A stretch of 64,000 nucleotides of DNA from Candidatus Aenigmatarchaeota archaeon (lineage in GTDB: Archaea > Aenigmatarchaeota > Aenigmatarchaeia > JACPZZ01). Position numbers and translations under genes: made by a program. Below the pieces are notes generated by a model. It was not told where the DNA came from. It was given only the letters and a program-made list of their open reading frames with translations, and ran no database searches. The DNA lies in NCBI GenBank assembly GCA_016202815.1, contig JACQNZ010000008.1, forward strand, positions 33,932 to 97,931. Direction: 5' to 3'. Of the stretch, positions 18,919 through 28,578 are shown piece by piece (position 1 is the stretch's first letter; every line of letters starts with the position of its first letter).

Positions 18919-20937
18919 TTGAAAAAAACACTTCTACTTGTTTCATTGCTGGCAGTTTTGTCCGGCTTGTCCGGGTTTGCAGCTGCCAGCAGGGTCGCCG
19001 TAACGCCAACCATAACGGACATGGGCGTGTGCGCAATGTCGTTCACGAACCAGCTTGTTAAGATCACGAACACCGGCCCGGTGACAGACACTTACAGATT
19101 AAGCTCCGATAATGGCATGCTGACATTCGCAGGCTGCACCGTCGGCACGATAGGCAACAACGAAGTGACGCTGGCCGCCGGTGAAACATCGTTTTGTTCT
19201 GTTTTCATAAACCCGCTCAACAACACAGAAACAAGGAAGTATTCCGCGACCATCAACGCCGATTCCGGGTCTTCCGCAGATGCGGCAAGCGCCAGGATCG
19301 GTGTCGACGTGCTGCAATGCAGCGCAGTTTCGATAACAACGCAGGAGAACGTCAGGACATGCGCGCGGGAGAAATTCTCGGCACCAATTGTAATAAAGAA
19401 CATTGGAAAATCCCCGGAAACGTTCAACGTTTCGGCAAGCTCTGCCGGAAAATTCGACAGGACAGAGATCGAACTTGCGCCCGGCCAGTCGGGCATAGTA
19501 AATTTTGAAAGCACGTTTGAAAAAGTCTCGAACAGCACAGTGAAATTCGTGGTCAAATCAAAAGATTCGTTCGCGTCCGGCGAAGCGTCGCTCGACGTCG
19601 CGGCGAGGGAATGCTTCGGGTTCGACGCTTCCTTGTCGCAGCCGTCCGGACCAATATGCTCCAGACAGCCGGCGGAATTCAAATTGAATATAAGGAACCT
19701 CGGGGAGAAGCCCGACGTGTTCGAGATAGTGACAGCGTCCGGCCTTGATATGGTTTCAATGAACGCTTCTTCGAACGCCACATTTAAAATTGCGTACCAG
19801 CCGGAAAAGGACGGCCGGTTCCGTCTTAACGTTTCCGTGAAATCCGTGGCAACAGATGTTGTTAAAAATCTGCAGTCTGAGCCATCGGCAGTCGAATGCG
19901 CATCAGTGTCCATTACACCCCAAACCCGGACTGCGTCAGTGTGCACAGGAGAACAGGCCGGATATGCGATAGACATAAAGAACACCGGTTCGTTCAGGGA
20001 AGCGTACAGTTTCAACGCCAGCAAAGGGACGTTAAGCGCGGGTATGATGACAATCGGGCCGGGAGACGTGAAAACAGTCTACCTGACCGCTAATTCAACA
20101 GAGTTTCCGCAGAACAGGACAAGTGAAATAATTTTCACAGCTTCGGCGGGTTCGATGAAGAACAGCACGAAACTTTCGGCCGATGTGGGTGTTTGCCACA
20201 ACGCTGTAATGGGCATCAAGCCCCCGTCGCTGAATGTGTGTACGCCGGACAAGGCGATGTTCAAGGTTGAGATAAATAACACAGGGAAAAGGCCTGAAGC
20301 ATTCGCGGTTTTTGCGGCAGGCAAAAAAATAGCCGACAACGTTTTGGTCATGGAAAACTCCACAAAGAGCGTAGATTTCGCTGTAGATTACAGCAACGAA
20401 ACCGGAATTTACAGGGTGGATGCGGACGCCGTGTCGCAGGATCTGACATTGAGATCCGCGGCAGCCCTGGTGGTCAGGGATTACAACGCATGCTACGGCG
20501 CGTCGTTGACATCGAAAAATGCGTCTAAAGCGGTTAAGCCGTCTGACAGGGCGCTTCAGGAGCTGCAGTTGAGAAACACGGGCATAAAGACGCTGAATTA
20601 CATACTCCAGCTGGTTGGCCCGCAGTGGATGGCCGTGGGCGTAAGCAACATCACACTGGAACCCAATGAAACAGGCAAAGTGTACCTTTACATAGCCCCG
20701 CCTTTCGGCACAACGTTGGGCAATTACGAGACGAAAGTGATCGCGATTTCCGACAAGGGCGTTTCATCGGGCGCGGACTTTACGGCAAGCGTTGTGGAAA
20801 CAACAGCCCCCAGGATTGCCAATGCCACGACAACAACGATGCCGGCCGTGGATAACAGGCGAAACACGGTAATCGTAGGCATAATCTTGGCAATGGCAGC
20901 CATACTAATTCTAAGGCACATATTTACAAGCAAATAA
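18919..20937 (+). CDS. Surface protein with tandem Ig-like (CARDB/NEW3-like) repeats
   Basis: Repeated I.N.G....F motifs with Cys pairs, signal peptide and C-terminal TM. Confidence 0.8.
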   Translation: MKKTLLLVSLLAVLSGLSGFAAASRVAVTPTITDMGVCAMSFTNQLVKITNTGPVTDTYRLSSDNGMLTFAGCTVGTIGNNEVTLAAGETSFCSVFINPLNNTETRKYSATINADSGSSADAASARIGVDVLQCSAVSITTQENVRTCAREKFSAPIVIKNIGKSPETFNVSASSAGKFDRTEIELAPGQSGIVNFESTFEKVSNSTVKFVVKSKDSFASGEASLDVAARECFGFDASLSQPSGPICSRQPAEFKLNIRNLGEKPDVFEIVTASGLDMVSMNASSNATFKIAYQPEKDGRFRLNVSVKSVATDVVKNLQSEPSAVECASVSITPQTRTASVCTGEQAGYAIDIKNTGSFREAYSFNASKGTLSAGMMTIGPGDVKTVYLTANSTEFPQNRTSEIIFTASAGSMKNSTKLSADVGVCHNAVMGIKPPSLNVCTPDKAMFKVEINNTGKRPEAFAVFAAGKKIADNVLVMENSTKSVDFAVDYSNETGIYRVDADAVSQDLTLRSAAALVVRDYNACYGASLTSKNASKAVKPSDRALQELQLRNTGIKTLNYILQLVGPQWMAVGVSNITLEPNETGKVYLYIAPPFGTTLGNYETKVIAISDKGVSSGADFTASVVETTAPRIANATTTTMPAVDNRRNTVIVGIILAMAAILILRHIFTSK

Positions 20938-20950
20938 GGTCAAATATAAT

Positions 20951-20992
20951 AACTAGAAGCATACCGATACATTCATACGGTGTGCTTCACTT
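20951..20992 (+). repeat. Hairpin element family 1 copy, intergenic
   Basis: AACTAG-AAGCATACCG-ATACATTCATA-CGGTGTGCTT-CACTT. Confidence 0.85.
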
Positions 20993-21023
20993 TTAATAAA
21001 TACTAACCGGAATATTATCAGGA

Positions 21024-21788
21024 GTGCTCGAAATGCAGAAATTAAACAGCGCCAAAGGGCTGGATTATTCAGGCGCGGAAGCGCGGATAAACCATCTGGG
21101 CATAATAATGGACGGCAACAGGCGTTTTGCACAAAAGCTGATGCTGCAGCCCTGGCAAGGCCATGAATGGGGCGAGAAAAAAGTCGAAGAGGTCCTGGGT
21201 TGGTGCAGGGAGTTCGGCATAAAGACAGTAACTTTATACACGCTTTCTCTGGAAAACATCGCAGGCCGGCCCAAGGCGGAACTGAATTACCTTTACAAGC
21301 TGATGAAAGGCGTGGCCAACCGGGTCCTAAAAGACAAGGACAACCCTGTTCACGTAAACAAGGTGCGGGTCCGCATTATCGGCAGGACGCAGGCCATGCC
21401 GCCGGAATTACGGAAAATTTTGGCCGAACTGGAAGACGCTACAAAAAAATACAGGGATTATGAGGCAAACTTCGCAATAGCTTACAGCAGCCGTGCGGAA
21501 ATTATCGATGCTGTAAAAAAGATTGCTGGCAGCGTAAAAAAAGAAATTTTAAAACTCTCGGACATAGACGAATCTTTAATCAAAAAAAATCTTTACAACC
21601 CGAAAATGAGCGACCCTGATTTGATAATCAGGACAGGCGGCGAAAAAAGGCTGAGTAATTTCCTGATGTTCCAATCCGCTTATTCCGAGCTGTTTTTCAC
21701 AGACACGCCGTGGCCGGAATTTTCAAAAAAAGATTTTGTCGCGGCCATAAACGATTTTAAGCAGAGGAAACGCAGGTTCGGCGCATAA
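21024..21788 (+). CDS. uppS: Polyprenyl diphosphate synthase (cis-prenyltransferase)
   Basis: HLGIIMDGNRRFA, SLEN, RTGGEKRLSNFL and RRFG motifs. Confidence 0.95.
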   Translation: MLEMQKLNSAKGLDYSGAEARINHLGIIMDGNRRFAQKLMLQPWQGHEWGEKKVEEVLGWCREFGIKTVTLYTLSLENIAGRPKAELNYLYKLMKGVANRVLKDKDNPVHVNKVRVRIIGRTQAMPPELRKILAELEDATKKYRDYEANFAIAYSSRAEIIDAVKKIAGSVKKEILKLSDIDESLIKKNLYNPKMSDPDLIIRTGGEKRLSNFLMFQSAYSELFFTDTPWPEFSKKDFVAAINDFKQRKRRFGA

Positions 21789-21812
21789 AAGCCTTGTTGC
21801 CTTATTATTCGA

Positions 21813-22526
21813 ATGGAAAAAGTCCTGGTTGTAAAAAACATAGCACGTGAAGGCCCCGGACTTCTTGGAAAAATTCTCAGTGAACGCGGAATCGGGTACG
21901 ATGTTGTCGACGCGGACGCGGGCGAGCCGTTTCCGAGCCCGGTTGACTATGCGGCTGTATGCGTTTTAGGCGGGCCAGACAGCACCAACGACGACACGAT
22001 TAAAATGAAACGGGAGCTTGCGCGGATTAAACAGACAGTTGAAGTGGGCATCCCTTATCTTGGTGTGTGCTTAGGCATGCAGGCGCTTGTAAAAGCGATG
22101 GGCGGAGAAGTCTACAGAAATCCGGTGCGCGAAGTCGGCTGGCGCGACCCTGATGGGGGATACTTCATAATCGAGCCTGCCGAAGCCGGAAAGGCCGACC
22201 CGTTTTTTTCAGGTATAGCGCCTCCGTACAATATTTTCCACCTGCACGGGGAAACCGTGACGTTGCCTGACAAAATGGAATTATTGGCAGCAGGAAAATG
22301 GTGTGAAAATCAGGTTGTTCGTGTGAAAGGAAAGCCTGCTTATGGCGTACAGGGACATCTTGAATTGACACACGAAATGTTTGAAGAATGGCTGGCACAG
22401 GATCCGGATTTGGCGCTTTTGGATCGGTCAAGCCTGCGCGCCGATTACCTGAGTCTGCGGCAGGCTTACGAAAAGCGCGGCATACAGGCGCTTACAAACT
22501 TCTTAAGGATAGCGCGGCTGATATAA
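21813..22526 (+). CDS. Type 1 glutamine amidotransferase
   Basis: LGVCLGMQ nucleophile and QGHLE motif. Confidence 0.9.
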   Translation: MEKVLVVKNIAREGPGLLGKILSERGIGYDVVDADAGEPFPSPVDYAAVCVLGGPDSTNDDTIKMKRELARIKQTVEVGIPYLGVCLGMQALVKAMGGEVYRNPVREVGWRDPDGGYFIIEPAEAGKADPFFSGIAPPYNIFHLHGETVTLPDKMELLAAGKWCENQVVRVKGKPAYGVQGHLELTHEMFEEWLAQDPDLALLDRSSLRADYLSLRQAYEKRGIQALTNFLRIARLI

Positions 22527-22565
22527 AAAACACGCTTAAATTGTTATCTATGTTTTAATATATTT

Positions 22566-23297
22566 ATGAGTCTTCAAAAAACATTGCCGATGGAAAAACT
22601 TATTGTCCCGGCTGTTAGTCAAACCTACCCAACACTAGGAAAATCTTACAAGCACGCCGGTCATGAAATAGAATATTCGCCCAGACTTGTAAGAACAGGA
22701 AAGGATTATCACGCTTCTAAGGCCGGAATTACAGGAGGCGAAAGAATGTCAACAGCAGCCGAAGAGCTGGCAATCCAGCTTGGCTTGGAAAGAGCTGGCC
22801 AAGACCCGAGAACGGCAGGCGTTTTCGACGACCTCTTCGCAAGAAACGAGCCTCGGATTTACATGTGGCAGTGGACAGAGACAGGCTTGCGAGTCCCGAA
22901 AGGCCGCGACCCTCGCAAATATGAAACAAACGGCCAAGGTGAAAAATATTGGGTTAGGGAACTTTTAATTGGAAGTGATACGGTTGGAGAAATATTAGTG
23001 CCGGAAGGACATGGCCGTGTCGTTGTTGAATGGGACGAAGTTTCCGGATTGCCGCGCGCAACGGAAGATATAGCTTTCCCGCACAAGCCTTACACAACGC
23101 ATTTCTGGTTTAACGTGAATCCCGGTAAAGATAGAGTTTCAGGCTACCAGGACGTTGCTGTCGGTCGTGGGGGCGGTTGGCTCCGCGATGAGGACGCGAG
23201 GTGCTTGGTCGTCGATGCGAGCTTTGCGCGTTCGGATGCGCTCTCGGATGGCGGTTTCCGCCCGGTTCGGGGTTCGTTGGTGGACATAAGAAACTAA
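22566..23297 (+). CDS. Hypothetical protein with C-type-lectin-like C-terminus; candidate DGR target
   Basis: C-terminal AVGRGGGW...DGGFRPV, an A-depleted 3' segment and a downstream hairpin. Confidence 0.65.
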   Translation: MSLQKTLPMEKLIVPAVSQTYPTLGKSYKHAGHEIEYSPRLVRTGKDYHASKAGITGGERMSTAAEELAIQLGLERAGQDPRTAGVFDDLFARNEPRIYMWQWTETGLRVPKGRDPRKYETNGQGEKYWVRELLIGSDTVGEILVPEGHGRVVVEWDEVSGLPRATEDIAFPHKPYTTHFWFNVNPGKDRVSGYQDVAVGRGGGWLRDEDARCLVVDASFARSDALSDGGFRPVRGSLVDIRN

Positions 23298-23414
23298 AAG
23301 TTTCCTATGCGCGGCTTGCATAGCAAGCCGTTGAATTGAAAAAGAACTCTTAGCATAGGGAAGGATCGCGCATAAAATCTAATATTCTTAAGCTCTGGCG
23401 CGTCATATAAGATA

Positions 23415-24173
23415 ATGGAAAAAATAACGCCTTCGGACAAAGTGCTGCTCCTCGGAGAAAGCACTTTTTTGGTAGACGTGGGCAAAGGCTTGTTCCACAC
23501 GAATCATGGGACTATAAACCTTTCAAAGCTGGTGGGAAAGAAGTTTGGCGCAAGAATCAAATCCTCGAAAGGCGTGGCGTTCCATGCCCTGCGCCCGAAC
23601 ATAAACGATTTTTTGCAAAAGCGGTTAGCGAGATTGCCGCAGATAGTCTCGCTTAAAGATTGTTCGCTGATAGCGGGATTGACAGGCCTTTCATCCGGTT
23701 ATCGCGTCATTGAGGCTGGCACAGGGTCGGCATTTTTGACGACTTTCATGGCAAACCTGGTAAAACCGGACGGGAAAGTTTTCACATACGAATTGCGCAG
23801 CGATTTTTTCAGGTCGGCGAAAATAAACGTAGAGGATTCGGGGTTGTCCCGGTGGGTGGAGATGAAAAACAGGGACGTGTCAAAGGGCTTTCGCGAGAAA
23901 GACGCTGATCTTATTGTGTTAGACATGATTGGCGCAGAGAAAATCGTCCCAAAAGCCGGCAAGTCGCTGAAGAGCGGTGGTTTTTTGGCCGTGTACAGCC
24001 CGTACATAGAGCAGGTAAAAGCGGTTTGCGATGCGATTGAAATGGAAAGCTTCATGGACGTGCGCACGGTTGAATGCCTGGTGCGTGATTACAAGATCAC
24101 CCGCGATTTTTCAAGGCCGAACACGACCATGTTGGCGCATACCGGCTACATAACGTTCGCAAGGAAAGTGTGA
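23415..24173 (+). CDS. trmI: tRNA (adenine-N1)-methyltransferase
   Basis: PQIV..KD, EAGTGS, YELRSDF, LDM and HTGYITFARK motifs. Confidence 0.9.
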   Translation: MEKITPSDKVLLLGESTFLVDVGKGLFHTNHGTINLSKLVGKKFGARIKSSKGVAFHALRPNINDFLQKRLARLPQIVSLKDCSLIAGLTGLSSGYRVIEAGTGSAFLTTFMANLVKPDGKVFTYELRSDFFRSAKINVEDSGLSRWVEMKNRDVSKGFREKDADLIVLDMIGAEKIVPKAGKSLKSGGFLAVYSPYIEQVKAVCDAIEMESFMDVRTVECLVRDYKITRDFSRPNTTMLAHTGYITFARKV

Positions 24174-24213
24174 ACAAGCTAAAATTAATACTACGCAGAG
24201 GTATAGAATAATC

Positions 24214-24624
24214 ATGATAGAACGCATAACAGCCTACGGCCATAACTGCGTAACCTCAAAGCACGATACGACATTGGAATTGACAAAGGATAAGAACATG
24301 ACGTGGGAAGGTCATTGCATTGTTGGCGTTCGTTCGGATAAATCCTGCCACGACCTGTCGGACGGGCTGAAGAAAGCCATACAGGACGGAAAACGTTTAA
24401 CGATAAAGCTCAAATCCGGAACAGGGTCGGATACAATAATCGCATACGGCCACCCGCACCTTACGCTGAAAGACAGGAAGGATATCGTTATCCGGAAATC
24501 AGGCTTCATAGACGACCGCACCATTGCGGTCCACGCCACCAAGTCCTCGAACAGCTTGGACCGCGAGTTGGTGAGAAATCTAAAAAATCCGAGGCAGAAA
24601 TTGGAAATAGTCATAGAGTACTGA
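24214..24624 (+). CDS. DUF371 family protein
   Basis: AYGHNCVTSKHDTTLELTKD, CIVGV and VIRKSGFIDDRT. Confidence 0.85.
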   Translation: MIERITAYGHNCVTSKHDTTLELTKDKNMTWEGHCIVGVRSDKSCHDLSDGLKKAIQDGKRLTIKLKSGTGSDTIIAYGHPHLTLKDRKDIVIRKSGFIDDRTIAVHATKSSNSLDRELVRNLKNPRQKLEIVIEY

Positions 24625-24625
24625 G

Positions 24626-25108
24626 ATGATCGGCTTGTTGTGTGACAACTGCGAGAGCGAGCTGCGCAAGAACTGGAAGTTCTGCCCTGTGTGCGGGTCT
24701 GAAGTGATCCGCGGGGACATCTTCATCAGCCTGGGAAATATTCTGAAAAGCATAACGCGCGAGATGGAACCGTTCCAGGAAACCGAAGAACTTTCCGGCT
24801 ATAGCGCGGAACAACCGCGGGAAAAGGAAGAGCGCGAAAAGCCGCCCCGCGCGCGGTACAGGATCAGCGCGGACGTAAAGGACCCGAAGATGACTGTCAG
24901 GAATCTCGGCAACAGGATGATCTTCAGAATAAAGATGCCGGGCGTGGAGCCGGCGCAGGTCAGTTTGACAGAACTTGACGAATCTTTAGAGGTCAAGGCA
25001 GGATCAAAACACGTGTCATACTTCAAGATAATCGCTGCGCCCCGCGGATTCACGCTGTCAGAGCAATACTTCGAAAACGGCACGCTTGTCCTTGAATTCG
25101 CAGCTTAG
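24626..25108 (+). CDS. Zinc-ribbon + Hsp20-like protein
   Basis: CDNC...FCPVCG, followed by an alpha-crystallin-like MPGV...FENGTL region. Confidence 0.7.
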   Translation: MIGLLCDNCESELRKNWKFCPVCGSEVIRGDIFISLGNILKSITREMEPFQETEELSGYSAEQPREKEEREKPPRARYRISADVKDPKMTVRNLGNRMIFRIKMPGVEPAQVSLTELDESLEVKAGSKHVSYFKIIAAPRGFTLSEQYFENGTLVLEFAA

Positions 25109-25137
25109 TTTTAATTACAGTCGGATAAATTATTCTT

Positions 25138-25455
25138 ATGAGGCGCACAAAACCTGCGTGGCAGAAAGAGCTGGCTTTGGAGCGTGTTAAGAAGCTTTTT
25201 GAATTGGCCGCCGAAGCTCACAGGGAAAAAACGGGCATGGAAGGCCGTTATGTTGAGCTTGCCCGCGACATCGCCATGCACTACAGGGTCAGCGTGCCCA
25301 AAGGCCTGCGCGCAAAATTTTGCAGGAAATGCGGCTCGTATTTGTCCGCAGGCTCCACGTCAGCGGTGCGCACAAGCGCAGCCAAAAAAGCGGTCATAAT
25401 CACGTGTAAAAAATGCGGGAACATCATGCGCTTCCCGTACGGAAAGAGGAATTGA
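25138..25455 (+). CDS. rnp4: RNase P protein component 4 (Rpp21)
   Basis: ALERVKKLF, RYVELARDIA, CRKC...CKKCG..MRFPY. Confidence 0.92.
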   Translation: MRRTKPAWQKELALERVKKLFELAAEAHREKTGMEGRYVELARDIAMHYRVSVPKGLRAKFCRKCGSYLSAGSTSAVRTSAAKKAVIITCKKCGNIMRFPYGKRN

Positions 25456-25486
25456 CAGCCTTTTAACTTTAGTCCTATTATCTGCA

Positions 25487-25900
25487 ATGATGACAGAAAA
25501 ACCAGCTTTTTTGTATCTCGGCAAAGTTGAACCACCTACAGTGATGACAGGAGAAACAAATTTTTTGGATCTCAACGAAGTTGAACTTTATGGCTGGGAA
25601 ACTTTCAAAAATGCCATGTTGATAGATTCGATGGTTAGAGGCATTGAGGCAGGCGACGATTTTCCTCCTGTTCATGTGAACAGGTTCAGCGATACAGAAT
25701 ACCGGTTAACCGTAAGTCGGGACGGCGGCCACAAAAGGGCGGTCGCGCATTACATAACAGGCAGGCCTTTGAAAGTGAAAATCGAAGAGACGCCTCCGGG
25801 CTTGGGAATTGGCCATCCTTATCCGATAAAAGATATACTTTTAGTCGACGATCAGGGCGAATATGAAGCTACTAAGATGATAGATCCAAACTATCGCTAA
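25487..25900 (+). CDS. ParB/Srx-like N-terminal domain protein
   Basis: FPPVHV and DGGHKRA (DGHHR-like). Confidence 0.55.
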   Translation: MMTEKPAFLYLGKVEPPTVMTGETNFLDLNEVELYGWETFKNAMLIDSMVRGIEAGDDFPPVHVNRFSDTEYRLTVSRDGGHKRAVAHYITGRPLKVKIEETPPGLGIGHPYPIKDILLVDDQGEYEATKMIDPNYR

Positions 25901-25938
25901 ACAAACCATATATATTATTAACCACACTAATATGGAGA

Positions 25939-26361
25939 GTGAATTTCATGGACGCGCGGACTAAAGACCCTCAAAAGCTGGTAAGCGTTGCAGCAGAAAA
26001 ACTGTCAACAATGAAGGAGTTGACGCCTCCCGCGTGGAGCAAGTTCGCTAAAACAGGGACATCAAAGCAACGCAGCCCGGACGCTCCGAACTGGTGGTCT
26101 GTGCGCGCTGCGTCGATACTTAGGCGCATATACGTTGATGGCCCGGTCGGAACATCGCGTTTAAGGACAGTCTACGGCTCACGGAAACACCGCGGCACAA
26201 AAAGGGAGCATTTTTACAGGGCGTCCGGGGCTGTCATCAGGAAAATATTGCAGCAGCTTGAATCAGCGGGAATGGTCAGGAAAATCGACAAACCAAAAAA
26301 GGGGCGCGTCATAACCCCGAAAGGCCAGAAGTTTCTTGACAACCTTGCAAAAACAGTTTAA
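25939..26361 (+). CDS. rps19e: 30S ribosomal protein S19e
   Basis: PPAWSKFAKTG, WWSVRAASILRR, LQQLE and GRVITPKG. Confidence 0.96.
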   Translation: MNFMDARTKDPQKLVSVAAEKLSTMKELTPPAWSKFAKTGTSKQRSPDAPNWWSVRAASILRRIYVDGPVGTSRLRTVYGSRKHRGTKREHFYRASGAVIRKILQQLESAGMVRKIDKPKKGRVITPKGQKFLDNLAKTV

Positions 26362-26405
26362 TGTGGTTATAAATCCCCCCGGCTGAATCGTTAATAGGTA
26401 ACAAT

Positions 26406-26645
26406 ATGTCAGACGATGAGGCTGCGCTTAAGAAAAACATCCTTTCGAGGATGCTTTCGAAGGAAGCTTACGAAAGGCTGTCGCGCGTCCGCGCTGTTAA
26501 GCCGGAGTTCGCGGCGCAACTGGAAACATACATGGTGTCGCTGTTCCAGTCCGGCCAGATAAAGACCGAAATAAGCGACGAACAGCTGAAGCAGATATTA
26601 GACAAGATAACGCAGAAAAAACAATTTAACATAAGAAGGGCATGA
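26406..26645 (+). CDS. PDCD5-like DNA-binding protein
   Basis: LSKEAYERLSRV..VKPEFA, plus conserved position after rps19e. Confidence 0.9.
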   Translation: MSDDEAALKKNILSRMLSKEAYERLSRVRAVKPEFAAQLETYMVSLFQSGQIKTEISDEQLKQILDKITQKKQFNIRRA

Positions 26646-26646
26646 C

Positions 26647-26817
26647 ATGAGCAACGTAAACCGGGTAAGCAAAAAGAGGCGGTTAGCTAGGATTGGCAGG
26701 ATATCCGACGCCCCGCGATGGGCTGATATCAGGAAGTTCGGGTTGAAGCGTGCGCGTTCCAGAAGGATCCGGGTCGACAAGATCAAGAAATGGCGAAGAA
26801 GCAGGTTGAAGCTATGA
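26647..26817 (+). CDS. rpl39e: 50S ribosomal protein L39e
   Basis: Manual translation MSNVNRVSKKRRLA...APRWADIRK...WRRSRLKL; syntenic position. Confidence 0.88.
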   Translation: MSNVNRVSKKRRLARIGRISDAPRWADIRKFGLKRARSRRIRVDKIKKWRRSRLKL

Positions 26818-27146
26818 CAGAGGAAAAAATTTACGACATACCGCTCAGGAAGTATTACACGGAGTCCGGGCGCAGGAAAAAAGCGCCGCATGCTGCCAAG
26901 GGCGTACGGGATTTCATAGCTAGAAAAACGCGGTCGTCAAACGTATTGTTGAGCACAGGCGTAAACGAGCTTATCTGGTCCCGCGGCGTCTCGCACCCGC
27001 CTGCAAAAATACGCGTCAGGGTGAAAAAAGACGGCGACAAGGTCGTAGCAGACCTGATATCCGCGGAGCCGCCGGTCAAGGAAAAGGAGCAGCAGGCCAA
27101 AGTCTCTGAATCGCCTAAGCAGGAAGCGAAGAAGGGCGAGGCCTAG
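26814..27146 (+). CDS. rpl31e: 50S ribosomal protein L31e
   Basis: IYDIPLR and VNELIWSRGVSHPPAKIRV. Confidence 0.93.
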   Translation: MTEEKIYDIPLRKYYTESGRRKKAPHAAKGVRDFIARKTRSSNVLLSTGVNELIWSRGVSHPPAKIRVRVKKDGDKVVADLISAEPPVKEKEQQAKVSESPKQEAKKGEA

Positions 27147-27147
27147 G

Positions 27148-27825
27148 ATGCAAGACGGTCATTTTCTGCGAATTAGGATTTTGGGCGACTCCAACGTCGG
27201 CCTTTTTTGCGCCGCGACCGAAACTTTTTGTTTAGCGCCGCGAACCGTTACGGACAAACAGGCCTTGAGCATGGAAAAAACGCTCGGCGTTCCTGTATAC
27301 AAAGCATCGATAGCGGGCGCGAATTTCATTGGAGCTTTCGCAGCTGCAAACAAAAACGGCGTCGTGGTTTCCTCTGCGATAGAGGACGGCGAAAAAAAAC
27401 TTCTGGAAAAAGACCTTGGCGTTAATGTGTGCGTCCTAGATTCGAGATTCAACGCTTTCGGCAACCTTGTTGCATCCAATGACAGCGGCGCGATAATCTC
27501 CCCCCTGTTCACGGAAAGCCAGAAAAAGTCGATATCCGAGTGTCTGGGCGTAGAAGCTTGTAAGACGACGATCGCAAAAACCCCTCTACCCGGTTCTGGC
27601 TGCTTGGCAAGCAACAAGGGCGCGTTGCTGCACCGCGATGTGACAGACGGGGAAAGGGGTGTGATAGAAAGCGTGCTGAAGGTAAAATCGCTGGCAGGGA
27701 CCCTGAATTTCGGGTCGCCGTGGGTCGGTGCTGTGGGAGTTTGCAACAGAAACGGTTTTGTAACAGGCCACCAGACAACGGTGCATGAAATCGTGCGCGC
27801 AGACGAGGCGCTGGGATTTGTTTGA
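27148..27825 (+). CDS. eif6: Translation initiation factor 6
   Basis: GNLVASNDSGA and GTLNFGSPWVG; syntenic position. Confidence 0.93.
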   Translation: MQDGHFLRIRILGDSNVGLFCAATETFCLAPRTVTDKQALSMEKTLGVPVYKASIAGANFIGAFAAANKNGVVVSSAIEDGEKKLLEKDLGVNVCVLDSRFNAFGNLVASNDSGAIISPLFTESQKKSISECLGVEACKTTIAKTPLPGSGCLASNKGALLHRDVTDGERGVIESVLKVKSLAGTLNFGSPWVGAVGVCNRNGFVTGHQTTVHEIVRADEALGFV

Positions 27826-27834
27826 GGTAATCGC

Positions 27835-28557
27835 ATGCCGAATACGCTAAGTATCGTGATCCCGACTTACAATGAACGCGAAAATATTTTGAAGCTGATT
27901 AAAAGTTTGGGCGAAGAGCTCGCCAAAAATTCCATAAAATATGAACTGGTAATCGTGGATGATAACTCGCCGGACGGGACCGCGGAGTTATGCGAAAAAA
28001 TTTCGAAGAAGCGGAAGAACATAATCGTTATAAAAAGGCCCGGAAAGCTCGGGTTGTCGTCCGCTGTCATCGACGGTTTCAAGAAGGCACGGGGCGGCGT
28101 AATCGGTGTCATGGACGCGGACTTCAGCCATCCGGTAAGCGCCATCCCGCGGATGTTCAATGAAATAGAGAAAGGCGCAGACCTTGTTATCGGCAGCCGT
28201 TATGCGGGGGGAGGCAGTACAAAAGGCTGGCCGGTTAAGAGAAAGATAACCTCGTGGGGCGCTACCATGATAGCGAAGATGTTCACAAAAATACGCGATC
28301 CCGTCTCCGGTTTATTGATGTTCCGCCGCGGCGCGATAGATAATGTCCGTTTAAGCCCGATAGGCTACAAAATCGGATTGGAAATCATAGTCAAAGGAAA
28401 TTATAACAGAGTCGCCGAAATTCCGTACGTCTTCGTAAACAGGAAGATTGGGAAGACGAAGCTCGACGCAAGGGAGTACGTTAACTATCTTAAGCAGATA
28501 GCCAGCCTGGTGGCTTACAGGATGTCCAGGAAGGTTAAAATACGCTCCGGTGCCTAA
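27835..28557 (+). CDS. Polyprenol monophosphomannose synthase (GT2, DPM1-like)
   Basis: PTYNE, VDDNSPDGT, MDADFSH and GSRY. Confidence 0.9.
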   Translation: MPNTLSIVIPTYNERENILKLIKSLGEELAKNSIKYELVIVDDNSPDGTAELCEKISKKRKNIIVIKRPGKLGLSSAVIDGFKKARGGVIGVMDADFSHPVSAIPRMFNEIEKGADLVIGSRYAGGGSTKGWPVKRKITSWGATMIAKMFTKIRDPVSGLLMFRRGAIDNVRLSPIGYKIGLEIIVKGNYNRVAEIPYVFVNRKIGKTKLDAREYVNYLKQIASLVAYRMSRKVKIRSGA

Positions 28558-28578
28558 TAGTACTGTAGGCGATAATTT

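Noticed and set aside
27159..27836. 225-aa antisense ORF over eIF6
   Set aside because: Mirror frame with no recognisable motifs.
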